Shown in pieces: positions 1-9,532 of a stretch of DNA of 64,000 nucleotides. The DNA lies in the NCBI GenBank assembly GCA_005878485.1, contig VBMG01000046.1:18-64017 (forward strand). The letters run 5' to 3'. A model generated the notes under the pieces. That model was given only the letters and a program-made list of their open reading frames with translations, made no database searches and was not told the DNA's origin. Position 1 is the first letter of the stretch, and every line of letters starts with the position of its first letter. The translations under genes were made by a program, and so were the position numbers. Origin of the DNA: Methanobacteriota archaeon. Lineage in GTDB: Archaea > Thermoplasmatota > Thermoplasmata > RBG-16-68-12.

Positions 1-42
1 CGGGCCGCGGCGTGTACGAGTACCCTCGGGCGTGATGCGACC

Positions 43-945
43 CTACGGGCCCATCGGCGGTTCCTGCGGCGGCATCGCCGGAGGCATCATCACGGGCGGC
101 TTCCGGCGGCGGACAGCGAAGAACCCGATGATGGCCACCACGATGACCACGAGCAGGATGAGCCAAATCCAGACCGGCAACCCGAGCAGGATTGAGGTGA
201 TCGAGAAACCGCCACCACCCCCGTAGCTGTACGATGTCAGGTTGAAGTTCTGGGTATTTCCTCCGCTGCTGTTGTAACTGCCCACGCGCGCCCAGTTGCC
301 GACCTGGGCGGACCAGAAGTTCATCGTGTAGCTTCCGCTCGCGTTTGTTTCCTTCAGTGGCGTCGTCGTGAATGTCCCGACGGGCACGGTGATCGTTGCA
401 TCGGACTGGACCTGGAAGGTCCTCGACAAGGTCGTATGAGACCAAGTCGTTCGGGTCGCGTTTGTCGACGATGTCCAGACGACCGTCGAGCTGGGGCCCC
501 AGCTGGCGCCTGCCGTCAGAGGCCACTGGATCGTCTCCGGCGGGCTGCCGGCGATCACGACCGTGGTCTGGGTGGTCAGGTTCCCGATCGGGGGGATGAC
601 GGCGCTGATCCTCACGATTGCGAGGGTGTCCACGCTAAACCAGATCTCTGGGAACACTTCGAAGGTCAGGCCCCCGCCGATGGGAAGCTTGAAGTCCGAT
701 TTCACGTGGTAACACGGATAGGCGGTCCCGTTCAGCGTGACGGAATCGGTCCCTGTTACGTCCATCCGGAAGGTTACGTTCCCCGACGGTACGCCGGAAC
801 CGGCGAAGACGGCGTACTCCCAGAAGTTGCCGGCGGACCACGTGGGCCGATCCATCGAAGCCTTCGCCGGCTGCAACGCGAGCCCTAAGGTCCCGACCAG
901 TAGCAGCGCGACACCAAAGGCCACAATCCGCGCGAGGGTATGCAT
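43..945 (-). CDS. secreted, membrane-anchored surface protein (hypothetical); N-terminal signal peptide, Thr/Ser/Gly-rich, C-terminal TM helix followed by a basic tail (RRRK)
   Basis: 300-aa ORF. N-terminus MHTLARIVAFGVALLLVGTLGLALQPAKA is signal-peptide-like. Multiple N-x-T/S sequons. C-terminus LGLPVWIWLILLVVIVVAIIGFFAVRRRK is a typical archaeal surface-protein anchor. Confidence 0.6.
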   Translation of the reverse strand: MHTLARIVAFGVALLLVGTLGLALQPAKASMDRPTWSAGNFWEYAVFAGSGVPSGNVTFRMDVTGTDSVTLNGTAYPCYHVKSDFKLPIGGGLTFEVFPEIWFSVDTLAIVRISAVIPPIGNLTTQTTVVIAGSPPETIQWPLTAGASWGPSSTVVWTSSTNATRTTWSHTTLSRTFQVQSDATITVPVGTFTTTPLKETNASGSYTMNFWSAQVGNWARVGSYNSSGGNTQNFNLTSYSYGGGGGFSITSILLGLPVWIWLILLVVIVVAIIGFFAVRRRKPPVMMPPAMPPQEPPMGP

Positions 946-1047
946 CCATCCCGCCTGGTTCCCCGAGTGCGGCTTGGGCCTATGAGCTTACCGGTGACTC
1001 CGAGGAACGTTCATCCCCAATCGAGGCATTGCGCGACGGGGAATCCC

Positions 1048-1827
1048 ATGCCCGGATTCGTCAAGATGGAGATGGAAGACCGCCTCGCGATCGTCACGAT
1101 CAACCGACCGGACGCGCTGAACGCGCTCAACGCCGCGGTCCTGCGGGAGCTGTCGATGGCGATCGAGCACGTCTCGATGGCCCAGGACGTCGGGGCGATC
1201 ATCCTCACGGGAGCGGGCGACCGGGCGTTCGTCGCGGGGGCGGACATCAAGGAGATGGCGAACCTGACGGCCCTCGAGATGCAGCGCTTCTCGGAGATGG
1301 GCCGGCGGCTCGGCGACACGATGGCGGCGTGCAACAAGCCGATCATCGCCGCGATCAACGGCTTCGCCCTGGGCGGCGGCTGCGAGCTCGCCCTCGCATG
1401 CGACATCCGAATCGCCTCGGACCGCGCGGAGCTCGGCCAGCCGGAGGTGAACATCGGCATCATCCCCGGCTTCGGCGGGAGCCAACGCCTCCCGCGGCTC
1501 GTCGGGCCGGGTTGGGCGGCGGAGATGATCTACACCGGTGACCGAATCTCTGCGGCGACCGCGGAGCGGATCGGGCTCGTGAACCGGGTCGTGTCCCCGG
1601 ATCGCCTCCTCGCGGAGGCGAAAGCGTTGGCCCATAAGATCTTGGAGAAGAGCCCGGCCGCGATTGCGCTGGCGAAGGCGTGCCTCCGCGCCGCATGGGA
1701 CATGCCGTTGTCCGCCGGCCTCGACTTCGAGACCGCGGCGTTCGGGGTCGTCGGGTCGACGCACGACAAGGCGGAAGGGATGCGCGCGTTCATCGAGAAA
1801 CGCAAGCCCGCGTGGACGGGCGCTTGA
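1048..1827 (+). CDS. enoyl-CoA hydratase/isomerase (crotonase) family protein
   Basis: Crotonase-fold motifs LTGAGDRAFVAGADIKEM and AAINGFALGGGCELALACDIRIA. Start set at the ATG giving MPGFVKMEMEDR; the upstream part of the ORF is Arg-rich and unlikely to be coding. Confidence 0.85.
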   Translation: MPGFVKMEMEDRLAIVTINRPDALNALNAAVLRELSMAIEHVSMAQDVGAIILTGAGDRAFVAGADIKEMANLTALEMQRFSEMGRRLGDTMAACNKPIIAAINGFALGGGCELALACDIRIASDRAELGQPEVNIGIIPGFGGSQRLPRLVGPGWAAEMIYTGDRISAATAERIGLVNRVVSPDRLLAEAKALAHKILEKSPAAIALAKACLRAAWDMPLSAGLDFETAAFGVVGSTHDKAEGMRAFIEKRKPAWTGA

Positions 1828-1992
1828 TCAGTAGGACTCGAATTCCTCTTGGAGGTCGATCACGACCTGCTCGAGCACTTCCTCGAAGGAGGAACTCCGG
1901 TACTCCCGCATCCCGCCGAGCTCGCTCTGGATCCGGGCGATGAAGTTGTTTGAGCTCTTCAGGAACTCGACGTTCACGAGGGATTCTTCCAT
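1828..1992 (-). CDS. small acidic hypothetical protein (54 aa)
   Basis: Found by reading the minus strand between the crotonase and S17e genes; below the ORF-track size cut-off. Translation MEESLVNVEFLKSSNNFIARIQSELGGMREYRSSSFEEVLEQVVIDLQEEFESY is helical and acidic, not Arg-rich. A TATA-like ctattaaatag lies about 60 nt upstream on the minus strand. Confidence 0.3.
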   Translation of the reverse strand: MEESLVNVEFLKSSNNFIARIQSELGGMREYRSSSFEEVLEQVVIDLQEEFESY

Positions 1993-2203
1993 CCGTATCC
2001 GCTCCTGGGGGCCGGTGCGGCGCGGGAACCCATTCGGGCGTATCCGAGGTCCCTATTTAATAGTTGCCCGCAGATTCGCCGGATGCATGCTGTCCTCGTC
2101 TCCGGCCCGCGAAAATCGCGCGCGGTCACACCTCCGCTGAGAACCTTTATTTAGCACACGCCCCTTGAAGCGCTCCCTCGGACCGCATGAGCGGAGTGAA
2201 TCG

Positions 2204-2395
2204 TTGGGAAATATCCGGCCGACGTACATCAAGCGAGTCGCGATCGAGCTGGCAAAGCTCTATCCGAACGAGTTCACGGGCGACTTCGAGCACAACAAGA
2301 AGATGGTGTCCGAACTGACGGACATCCGGAGCGTCCTGATGCGCAATCGGATCGCGGGGTACGTCACCCGGTACCGCCTCCGATTGGCCCTGTAG
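2204..2395 (+). CDS. rps17e: 30S ribosomal protein S17e
   Basis: [56 protein letters not shown] matches the archaeal S17e consensus (MGNIRQTFIKR...NRIAGYITR). TTG start preceded by GGAGTG, chosen to match the family N-terminus. Confidence 0.85.
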   Translation: MGNIRPTYIKRVAIELAKLYPNEFTGDFEHNKKMVSELTDIRSVLMRNRIAGYVTRYRLRLAL

Positions 2396-2438
2396 GCCGC
2401 CACATCCGCACTCCGCTCCGTCCGCGGTCGGACCCCCC

Positions 2439-3452
2439 ATGTCGTACGCCGTTGAGACTCGTGACCTCACCCGGGTGTTCTCCGGGAAGAAGAAGCGCTG
2501 GTGGCGTCGCAAACCGACGCCGGACGAGGAGGAATCGCTCGGGCCCGTGACGGCGCTCGATGGCGTGTCCCTCCAGATCCGCGAGGGGGAGCTGTTCGGG
2601 CTCCTGGGCCCCAACGGCGCCGGCAAGACGACGCTCATCAAGATCCTCGCGACGCTCCTCCTTCCGACCTCCGGACAGGCGCTCGTCGCGGGCCATGATG
2701 TCACAAAAGACCCGTTCCCGATCCGTCAGCGGATCAACATGGTATCCGGCGGCGAGACGTCCGGATACGGGCTTCTGACCGCGCGCGAGAACATCTGGAT
2801 GTTCTCACAATTCTACGGCGTCCCGAGCAAGGTCTCGAAGGCGCGGATCGACGAACTCATGCATATCTTCGGCCTGTGGGACAAGCGGGACGCGAAGGTC
2901 CGCATGCTCTCGACGGGACAGCGGCAGAAGATGAACATGATCCGCGGGTTCGTCACGGGGCCGGACATCCTCTTCCTGGACGAGCCCACGCTCGGCCTCG
3001 ATGTGAACGCGGCGCGCGTGATCCGGGAGTACGTCATGAACTGGGTCCGCGGTCAGGCGGGCAAGACGGTCCTCTTGACGTCCCACTACATGGCCGAAGC
3101 GGACCAGATGTGTGACCGGATCGCGATCATCGACAAAGGGCGGATCCTCGCATGCGACACGCCCGCGAATCTGAAACGGATGATTCGCACGGAGACGACG
3201 TTCCAGCTGGAAGTCGACACGATCCGCGACACGACCTCGTTCATGGGCCTCCAGGGCGTCAAGAACTTCTCCCACAAAGATGACATCTCGAAGAACCGGT
3301 CCCATCTCACGTTCATCCTCGAGGACGAGGGACCCGTGGCGGAGATCCTGAGTTCGATCACCTCGCAGGGTGCGAAAGTCCATTCGTTGCAAAAGTCCGA
3401 GCCGACCTTGGAGGACGTCTTTATCAGCATGGTCGGGAGGGGTCTCGATTGA
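2439..3452 (+). CDS. ABC transporter ATP-binding protein (ABC-2 exporter type)
   Basis: Walker A GPNGAGKTTL, ABC signature LSTGQRQK, Walker B ILFLDEPTLGLD, H-loop LLTSHYM. Confidence 0.9.
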   Translation: MSYAVETRDLTRVFSGKKKRWWRRKPTPDEEESLGPVTALDGVSLQIREGELFGLLGPNGAGKTTLIKILATLLLPTSGQALVAGHDVTKDPFPIRQRINMVSGGETSGYGLLTARENIWMFSQFYGVPSKVSKARIDELMHIFGLWDKRDAKVRMLSTGQRQKMNMIRGFVTGPDILFLDEPTLGLDVNAARVIREYVMNWVRGQAGKTVLLTSHYMAEADQMCDRIAIIDKGRILACDTPANLKRMIRTETTFQLEVDTIRDTTSFMGLQGVKNFSHKDDISKNRSHLTFILEDEGPVAEILSSITSQGAKVHSLQKSEPTLEDVFISMVGRGLD

Positions 3453-4426
3453 GCGTCGCGACCGACCGACGGACAGATCTGAAGTACCGCGTCGGACTCA
3501 ACCTGCGGGCGGTCGTCGGCCGCTCCTACCCGCGTATCGTCGGCGCGAACCGCGAGCCCTCCTGGATTTTCTTCGAGGCGTTCCTTCCCCTCCTCGGAAT
3601 CGCGGCGTACGTGTTCATCTACCAGTTCTTTGGACTCCAGGCGACGGCCGCGATCCTCGGGAATCCTCCGATGTGCGGAGACCATGTCTGCGCGAGTGTG
3701 GCCGAGCAGAATCAATACCTGGCGGCCGTGAACGCCAACACGAACGCGCTCATCGCCTCCGTCGTCCTTGGCGGGACGATGGTCGCCTTCTGGCTGAACG
3801 TGCTGTGGTCGATGGCGAGCCAGCTGTACTGGGAGAAGGAAATCGGGAACCTGCAGCTGTACATGATGGCGCCGATGAACCGCATGGCGCTCCTCGGGGG
3901 CATGGCGGTCGGCGGGATGGTCATGACCTCGATGCGGGCCGTCTCGACCCTCGTGGCGGGCATCTTCGTCTTCGGGGTCATCTTCCAGGTCGCGAATCCT
4001 CTGCTCCTGCTCGCCGTCTTCTTCGCCACGTTGATCGCCCTGTACGGTCTCGGGATGATGTTCGCCTCGCTGTATCTCCTCTGGGGACGGGAGGCGTGGA
4101 ACCTATCCGCCCTGATGGAGGAGCCGATCTTCTTCTCGAGCGGCTTCTACTTCCCCCTGGGCGGGTTGTTCCGGATCCCCGGCTGGGGACCCGCCGTCGC
4201 GATTGCGGGATCGTTCATCCCCGCGTCGATCGGGCTCGATGCGCTGCGACAGCTCACCCTGGGGTCGACCGCGTTCGGAGGCTCGCTCTGGATCTTCAAC
4301 GTCACGACGGAACTCGAGATCCTCGTCGGCATGGCGGTGTTGTTCTTGATCCTCGCAAGGTACTGCCTCGCATACCTAGAGACGCTCGCGAAGCGAGAGG
4401 GGAAGCTGACCTCACGGCATCAATGA
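3449..4426 (+). CDS. ABC-2 type transporter permease
   Basis: Six predicted TM segments; start overlaps the stop of the ATPase gene (operon). Confidence 0.8.
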   Translation: MSVATDRRTDLKYRVGLNLRAVVGRSYPRIVGANREPSWIFFEAFLPLLGIAAYVFIYQFFGLQATAAILGNPPMCGDHVCASVAEQNQYLAAVNANTNALIASVVLGGTMVAFWLNVLWSMASQLYWEKEIGNLQLYMMAPMNRMALLGGMAVGGMVMTSMRAVSTLVAGIFVFGVIFQVANPLLLLAVFFATLIALYGLGMMFASLYLLWGREAWNLSALMEEPIFFSSGFYFPLGGLFRIPGWGPAVAIAGSFIPASIGLDALRQLTLGSTAFGGSLWIFNVTTELEILVGMAVLFLILARYCLAYLETLAKREGKLTSRHQ

Positions 4427-5277
4427 GCACGTACTGGCGGACCTTCAAGACGGCGGCCTGGCTCGGCTGGGAAATGGACTCGAACTGGACCGAGCCGTGG
4501 CTGTTCGTCCTCTACTCCGTCATCAAGCCCGTGGCCGGCGCCTTCATCCTCGTCCTCATGTACATCGTGTTCGTCGCGATTGGCCGACCCCAAGGCGACC
4601 CCGATGCATTCTCCTACATGTACGTCGGGAACTCCTTCTTCATCTTCGTCGCGTCCGTGCTCTTCGGCACGTTCCAGGTGATTCAGTCGGATCGGGAATG
4701 GTACCAAACGATTCGGTACGTGTACATCTCGCCCATCTCGTACTACGTGTACATCTTGGGTCGAGCGGCATCCAAGATTGCCGTCTCGGTGTTCGCGGTC
4801 GCGATCACCTTGGTGTTCGGCGTCATGTTCCTCGGCGTCCGATTGCACTTGGCGTTGACCGATGTTCCGCTGTTCCTCGTGAGCACGGCCCTTGGGCTCT
4901 CGGTCCTCCTGGCGATCGGCATCTGCCTTGGCGGGATTTCGTTCCTGACGGCGAAGCATACGCACGGTCTCGCGGAAGGCATCCCGGGGTTGTTCTACGT
5001 CTTCTGTGGGGTCTTGTTCCCCCTCTCCGTCCTTCCGAATTGGGGCCAAGCGGTTGGTCGCGCGATTCCTCTGACCTACTGGTTCGACATCACCCGGCGC
5101 CTCCTCACGGAGGGTTCGACGGTCAACACGACTCTCGGAGGGTACGACGCGCCGACCATTCTGCTGTTTCTCGTTGTGTCGTCGGTCGGCTTCTTCGGCC
5201 TCAGCGTCCTCATTTACAAGATCGGGGAGTACTTTGCCCGGAAAGCCGGCAAGATCGACATGACGACGTCCTACTAG
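4423..5277 (+). CDS. ABC-2 type transporter permease (second subunit)
   Basis: Hydrophobic multi-TM protein. ATGA overlap with the previous permease. Only the C-terminal 285 aa of the 635-aa track ORF look coding. Confidence 0.8.
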   Translation: MSTYWRTFKTAAWLGWEMDSNWTEPWLFVLYSVIKPVAGAFILVLMYIVFVAIGRPQGDPDAFSYMYVGNSFFIFVASVLFGTFQVIQSDREWYQTIRYVYISPISYYVYILGRAASKIAVSVFAVAITLVFGVMFLGVRLHLALTDVPLFLVSTALGLSVLLAIGICLGGISFLTAKHTHGLAEGIPGLFYVFCGVLFPLSVLPNWGQAVGRAIPLTYWFDITRRLLTEGSTVNTTLGGYDAPTILLFLVVSSVGFFGLSVLIYKIGEYFARKAGKIDMTTSY

Positions 5278-5591
5278 CCCCGCGATGCGCGACGGGTCAC
5301 CTGTTCTCGGCGATACGGATACCGTTGGATGGCGCCGCACGCCGTGCACGTGACGACGATTCGGCCCGGCCCAATGCGGACGCGCGCGCTCACGGAAGGC
5401 AGGAGGAACGCGAGGCACTTCTTGCAAAAGGACCGCTTGAACGGCGCCGGCACGCGGACGTTGTAGCGCATCCCGATCCGCCGGGCCAACTCGACGTAGC
5501 GCTTCGCCCGTCCCGGATGCCTCCGCAGCGACTCGGTCTCGGCGAGGCGGAACAGGGTCGTCATCCGTTCCACGGCAATCCGCCGCTCCAT
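5274..5591 (-). CDS. rnp4: RNase P protein component 4 (Rpp21/Rnp4, zinc ribbon)
   Basis: LFRLAETESLRRHPGRAKRYVELARRIGMRYNVRVP plus Zn ribbon CKKC...CTACG, typical of Rpp21. Start placed at MERRIAVERM; the ORF could extend to 5636. Confidence 0.75.
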   Translation of the reverse strand: MERRIAVERMTTLFRLAETESLRRHPGRAKRYVELARRIGMRYNVRVPAPFKRSFCKKCLAFLLPSVSARVRIGPGRIVVTCTACGAIQRYPYRREQVTRRASRG

Positions 5592-5701
5592 GCCGCGGTG
5601 CCGGTGGCGCGCCATCGGACCACACACTCGTTCCACCCCATAAAATCCTCTGGGCCGACGAACCTTTAACTACGCGCCGCCGCTTACGCGCCGGGGTCCG
5701 C

Positions 5702-6793
5702 GTGCGCGATCGCGTCCGTCGCATCTACCGGAACGTCAGCGATGGCCTCGATCTGATCGTCTTCCTCAACTCGACGGAGCCGCACATCGACCGATCGTTC
5801 TTCTACGCAACGGGCTTGACGGATGGCCTCTTCGAAGGCTGCGGCGCCTGGCTCACCCCGGACGGCGGCTGCGAGATTACGACGTCCGCGCTCGAGGAAG
5901 AGGCGGCCAAGAAGAGTGCGCTGCCGCTCCACGTGTTCCGGTCCCGGGACGAGTCGACGAAACTCATGAAGGCGGCCCTGCGCGGCCACCAACGGATCGG
6001 GATCAACGCCTCCGAGCTCACCCACGCGGCGTTCGAGCGCATGAGCAAGCTTGCCCCGAAGTCCGCCCGGTTCGTCGACGTCTCTGAGGCGGTCGTCCAG
6101 GCGCGTCTCGTGAAAGACGCGGAGGAGATCGAGCGGATCCAACGCGCGTGCGACATCGCATCACGGTCCTTCGAGGAGGTCCTGCCTTTTATCCCGTCCG
6201 GGGTGACGGAGGCGGAGGTCGCCTCGGAGCTCGTCTACCGGATGCAGAAGAACGGCGCCACCGGGCCCTCGTTCCACACGATTGTCGGCTCCGGTCCGAA
6301 CGGGGCGGAGCCGCACTACACCGCCGGATCGAGGAAGATCGAACCGGGCGACATGATCGTCATCGACTTTGGCGCGGTGTACCACATGTACTGCTCCGAC
6401 GTCACGCGGACGGTCGTCGTGGGGAAGGCGTCGGAGGAGCAGCGCCGGATGCACGAGACGGTCGCCCGCGCGCAAGCCGCCGCGTTCGCGAAGATGAAGT
6501 CCGGAGCGACCGGGAAGTCCGTCGACGCCGCCGCGAGGACCCTCATCGACCGTTCGAAATACAAAGGCCGATTCATTCACGGTCTCGGCCATTCGATCGG
6601 CCTCGCGGTCCACGACGGCGGTGCGCTGAATTCGATGAGCGACCTCGTCCTGCGGCCGAACATGGTCTTCACCGACGAACCTGGGGTGTACGTCCCGGGA
6701 TTCGGCGGGGTTCGCATCGAAGACGACGTCCTCATCACGAAGGGCGAGCCCCGCTTCATGAGTACCGCTCCCCGGGACTTGCGCGAGCTCTGA
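5702..6793 (+). CDS. M24 family Xaa-Pro aminopeptidase/dipeptidase
   Basis: Pita-bread fold metal ligands DFGAVYHMYCSDVTRT, HGLGHSIGLAVHDGG, VFTDEPGVYVPGFGGVRIEDDVLIT. GTG start. Confidence 0.85.
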   Translation: MRDRVRRIYRNVSDGLDLIVFLNSTEPHIDRSFFYATGLTDGLFEGCGAWLTPDGGCEITTSALEEEAAKKSALPLHVFRSRDESTKLMKAALRGHQRIGINASELTHAAFERMSKLAPKSARFVDVSEAVVQARLVKDAEEIERIQRACDIASRSFEEVLPFIPSGVTEAEVASELVYRMQKNGATGPSFHTIVGSGPNGAEPHYTAGSRKIEPGDMIVIDFGAVYHMYCSDVTRTVVVGKASEEQRRMHETVARAQAAAFAKMKSGATGKSVDAAARTLIDRSKYKGRFIHGLGHSIGLAVHDGGALNSMSDLVLRPNMVFTDEPGVYVPGFGGVRIEDDVLITKGEPRFMSTAPRDLREL

Positions 6794-6797
6794 ACCC

Positions 6798-7346
6798 TCA
6801 AGGACTCGGGGTTTCCTCCAGCTCGCGGGCCAGGATGCTCATCCGCATCACATTGACGAACCGGCCATCCTTGTAAACATCCTCGCGGTGAAGGCCTTCC
6901 CGCTGGAAGCCGAGCCGTTCGTAGGTGTGGATCGCGCGGATGTTGTACTCGAGGACGTCCAAGGAGACTTTGTTCAGCCCGAGGACGTCGAAGGCGTATC
7001 GGAGGGCGACGCGCATCGCCTCCGTTCCGTATCCTTTCGACCAGAGCGTCGGTTCGCCGATCACGATTCCGACGTCGGCCTTGCGGTGGACCCGATCGAC
7101 CTTGTGCAGGCCGAGGTTCCCGATATGATTCCCTTCGACCTCGATCGCAAAGATCTGCTCGTCGGTCCGGCGCTCGTAGTCCCGGAACCACCGCTCCTCC
7201 TCGGCCATCGTCACGGGAGCGGTCCGTCCGAGGAAGTGAATGACCTCCGCGTCGGAGAACCACTTCACGCAGCGCCTCAGGTCGGTTGACGCAAGGGGCC
7301 GGAGGAGCACACGCGAACCTCGCAGCACCCGCCGGGACTCCAGCAC
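6798..7346 (-). CDS. GNAT family N-acetyltransferase (RimJ/RimL-like)
   Basis: GNAT core IGNLGLHKVDRVHRKADVGIVIGEP...GYGTEAMRVALRYAFDVLGLNKVSLDVLEYNIRAIHTYERLGFQREG. Confidence 0.8.
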   Translation of the reverse strand: MLESRRVLRGSRVLLRPLASTDLRRCVKWFSDAEVIHFLGRTAPVTMAEEERWFRDYERRTDEQIFAIEVEGNHIGNLGLHKVDRVHRKADVGIVIGEPTLWSKGYGTEAMRVALRYAFDVLGLNKVSLDVLEYNIRAIHTYERLGFQREGLHREDVYKDGRFVNVMRMSILARELEETPSP

Positions 7347-7385
7347 GGGCTCCGCACACGGACGGATGCTAAAGAGCTTTCCGCA

Positions 7386-9362
7386 TCAGGTATTCGATAA
7401 GACGAGCGTCGTCGTCGCGAAGCCGCCATCGTCATCGCGGACCGTCAACGTGACGAGGAACGGGCCAGCCGGGTCGTACGCGTGGACGATGCTGGCAGCC
7501 ACGACGAACGGCACGGTCCCCCCTTGGCTCTGCCACGGATCCGGGGACACACCGTTGTTGAAGAACGTCTGCGTCACGCTCGTGCCGTCACCAAAGTCCC
7601 AGGTTGCAGTCAGATCGTCGCTGCCGGGATCTTGAAGGCTGGCACGGAACGTGACGCCCGCGTGCAAGAAGAACGCCGCGAGGTCCGGCTCGGTCCACAT
7701 CCAGGTGGACCCGTGTCGCACATTGAAGTTGTGGTGGATCCGGACCTCTTGGCCGTCGGGGAAGACGACGATGATCCAAGCGGGGTTGTCTCCCCCCGGC
7801 CCACCGTTCATGGGGTCGTTGTCCGGCGTGTATGCGAGCGTCGCGGTCACATGGTCCCGGAGGGAGAACGTGACGAGGCCCGTCGTCGCAGCCTGGGAGG
7901 CCGGGCTCCCCGGCCTCCGGATCAGATTCAGGGACGCGAGGACGCCGGCGTCGGATGTGACGGTGAACGTGAGATCGTGCCATTTCTCGCCCGCCATCTC
8001 GATCCGGAACGAGGCTTGGGCGACCGCATCGAGCTGCCGAGCCTCCGGTGGGCTGTTCGTGATTGCGACGGCGGCCCGCGCCGTTGCGACATGCGTACCA
8101 TCGGACACCTCGACGACCGCGGCGCCGGAGAAGTCGTCGCTGTACTGGGCTGCCGCGGTCGGCGTCGGCGACCACACGGTGTCGAACACCCCATCGCCCG
8201 TGAAGTCCCATCGGAAGGAGAGCGAATCGCCATCGGGATCGCTCGAGCCGGTGGCGTTGAGGAGGATCGTATCGCCTTCGTGACCGGAGTACGGCCCGCC
8301 CGCGTCCGGCACGGGCGCGCCGACCGCCACGATGTCGACAACGGGCGCCGCGGAGGTCGCGTCGGGCACCCCGTTTGCGTCCATGTCCGACCGGGCCCGC
8401 GAGAGTTCCATGCGTCCGGCGCCGAGCGCGGGTGCGACGAGTGTGTACGATCGGATGACGGGCTCATAGGCGGACGGATACCGCGGGTCGTCCGAGCCAC
8501 TCGCGAGTGCCGCCGGGAGATCGACGAACCACCGCAAAGTGGCCAATCCGTCCGGATGGGCCACGATCTCATCCGGCGCGACGGAATAGCTCCCCTCCTC
8601 CACACTCCATCCCGCAGGCACATCGTCTTCAAGTACGCCGTGGGTCACGTTGACGTCGGCGGTGATCGCGTCGTCGAACGTGTACACGGCGATGTTCGTC
8701 GCGTCGATCGTCACATGGATTCGTGCGCCGGCCATCCCGTCGATCTGGGTCCAGAGCGGTTCCTTGCCGATCACCACCGTCGCATGCGCGTGGAGGTAAG
8801 CCCAGAAGTCGCTCTGCGGGTTCGAATCGGGTCCGTCGTAGTGCGCGTTCCCCAGGATCGGCCGCACCGCGAACGGAAGCGTCTCGCCTCCGATCCGGTA
8901 TTGGATGTCGGCTTGGGTGAACTGGAATTCCTCGGAGCACCACCAGGAGGGTTTCGGAAGGAAGCCTTGCAGAACCTCTTCTCCGTACGAATATAGAAGG
9001 GAGCCGCCCGCCGGGATCGTCTGGACCGTCAGGACCCCGTCTTGCGTCGTTTGCGTGGGATTCGGTGGAGGCGACGCGAGCGGATGCGGACTCATGAGGA
9101 CCGCCGGCTCGGTCACTTCGACAGGTACGTTCGCGGCGTTGTTCACGCGAATCCCGACCGGCGACGTCACGGTGTGGCCGTCCCGATCGTACGTCTCGTT
9201 CACGACCGTCGCGGTCACGAGTCCGCGACCCGCAGCTTCCCAGAAGGTCATCGCACCGGAATCCGCGCGGGATGCGGGCGCCCCGATGTGCACGGAGCTC
9301 ACGGCGGTGACCGCTGCGACGAGGACGATGAACACTGTTAGCTTAAACGAAAAGGCTCTCAT
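7386..9362 (-). CDS. secreted PKD-domain protein (hypothetical extracellular protein)
   Basis: Signal peptide MRAFSFKLTVFIVLVAAVTAVSSV. Two PKD-like motifs (DGDSLSFRWDFTGDGVFDT; DDLTATWDFGDGTS). Confidence 0.7.
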   Translation of the reverse strand: MRAFSFKLTVFIVLVAAVTAVSSVHIGAPASRADSGAMTFWEAAGRGLVTATVVNETYDRDGHTVTSPVGIRVNNAANVPVEVTEPAVLMSPHPLASPPPNPTQTTQDGVLTVQTIPAGGSLLYSYGEEVLQGFLPKPSWWCSEEFQFTQADIQYRIGGETLPFAVRPILGNAHYDGPDSNPQSDFWAYLHAHATVVIGKEPLWTQIDGMAGARIHVTIDATNIAVYTFDDAITADVNVTHGVLEDDVPAGWSVEEGSYSVAPDEIVAHPDGLATLRWFVDLPAALASGSDDPRYPSAYEPVIRSYTLVAPALGAGRMELSRARSDMDANGVPDATSAAPVVDIVAVGAPVPDAGGPYSGHEGDTILLNATGSSDPDGDSLSFRWDFTGDGVFDTVWSPTPTAAAQYSDDFSGAAVVEVSDGTHVATARAAVAITNSPPEARQLDAVAQASFRIEMAGEKWHDLTFTVTSDAGVLASLNLIRRPGSPASQAATTGLVTFSLRDHVTATLAYTPDNDPMNGGPGGDNPAWIIVVFPDGQEVRIHHNFNVRHGSTWMWTEPDLAAFFLHAGVTFRASLQDPGSDDLTATWDFGDGTSVTQTFFNNGVSPDPWQSQGGTVPFVVAASIVHAYDPAGPFLVTLTVRDDDGGFATTTLVLSNT

Positions 9363-9532
9363 CCCGTCCCGTTCCGCGGCCGAATCAAAGATATGAAAAC
9401 CGGTTTCCTTAAGGGTGCCGACACAATTCTCACATGTTCCGCCGGGTGATTTTCAACTCTGATACGATTGGTCCATCCCGCCGAAAGGTCGGTTCGACAA
9501 CGCCTTGAAGTCGGCGGGGGCTTCCCTCGCGC

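Noticed and set aside
1940-2140. 66-aa + strand ORF between the crotonase and S17e genes
   Set aside because: Arg/Ser-rich low-complexity translation. The opposite-strand 54-aa acidic ORF (1828-1992) is more protein-like, though still low confidence. The S17e promoter and UTR account for 2138-2203.
3370-4422. N-terminal 350 codons of the 635-aa ORF 3370-5277
   Set aside because: This part overlaps the ABC ATPase and first permease in other frames and is Arg/Pro-rich. Only the part from the ATG at 4423 (second permease) is coding.
6148-7359. Long Arg-rich ORFs 6148-6876 (+) and 6577-7359 (-)
   Set aside because: These are shadow frames of the M24 peptidase and GNAT genes; composition is dominated by R/G/P and there are no motifs.
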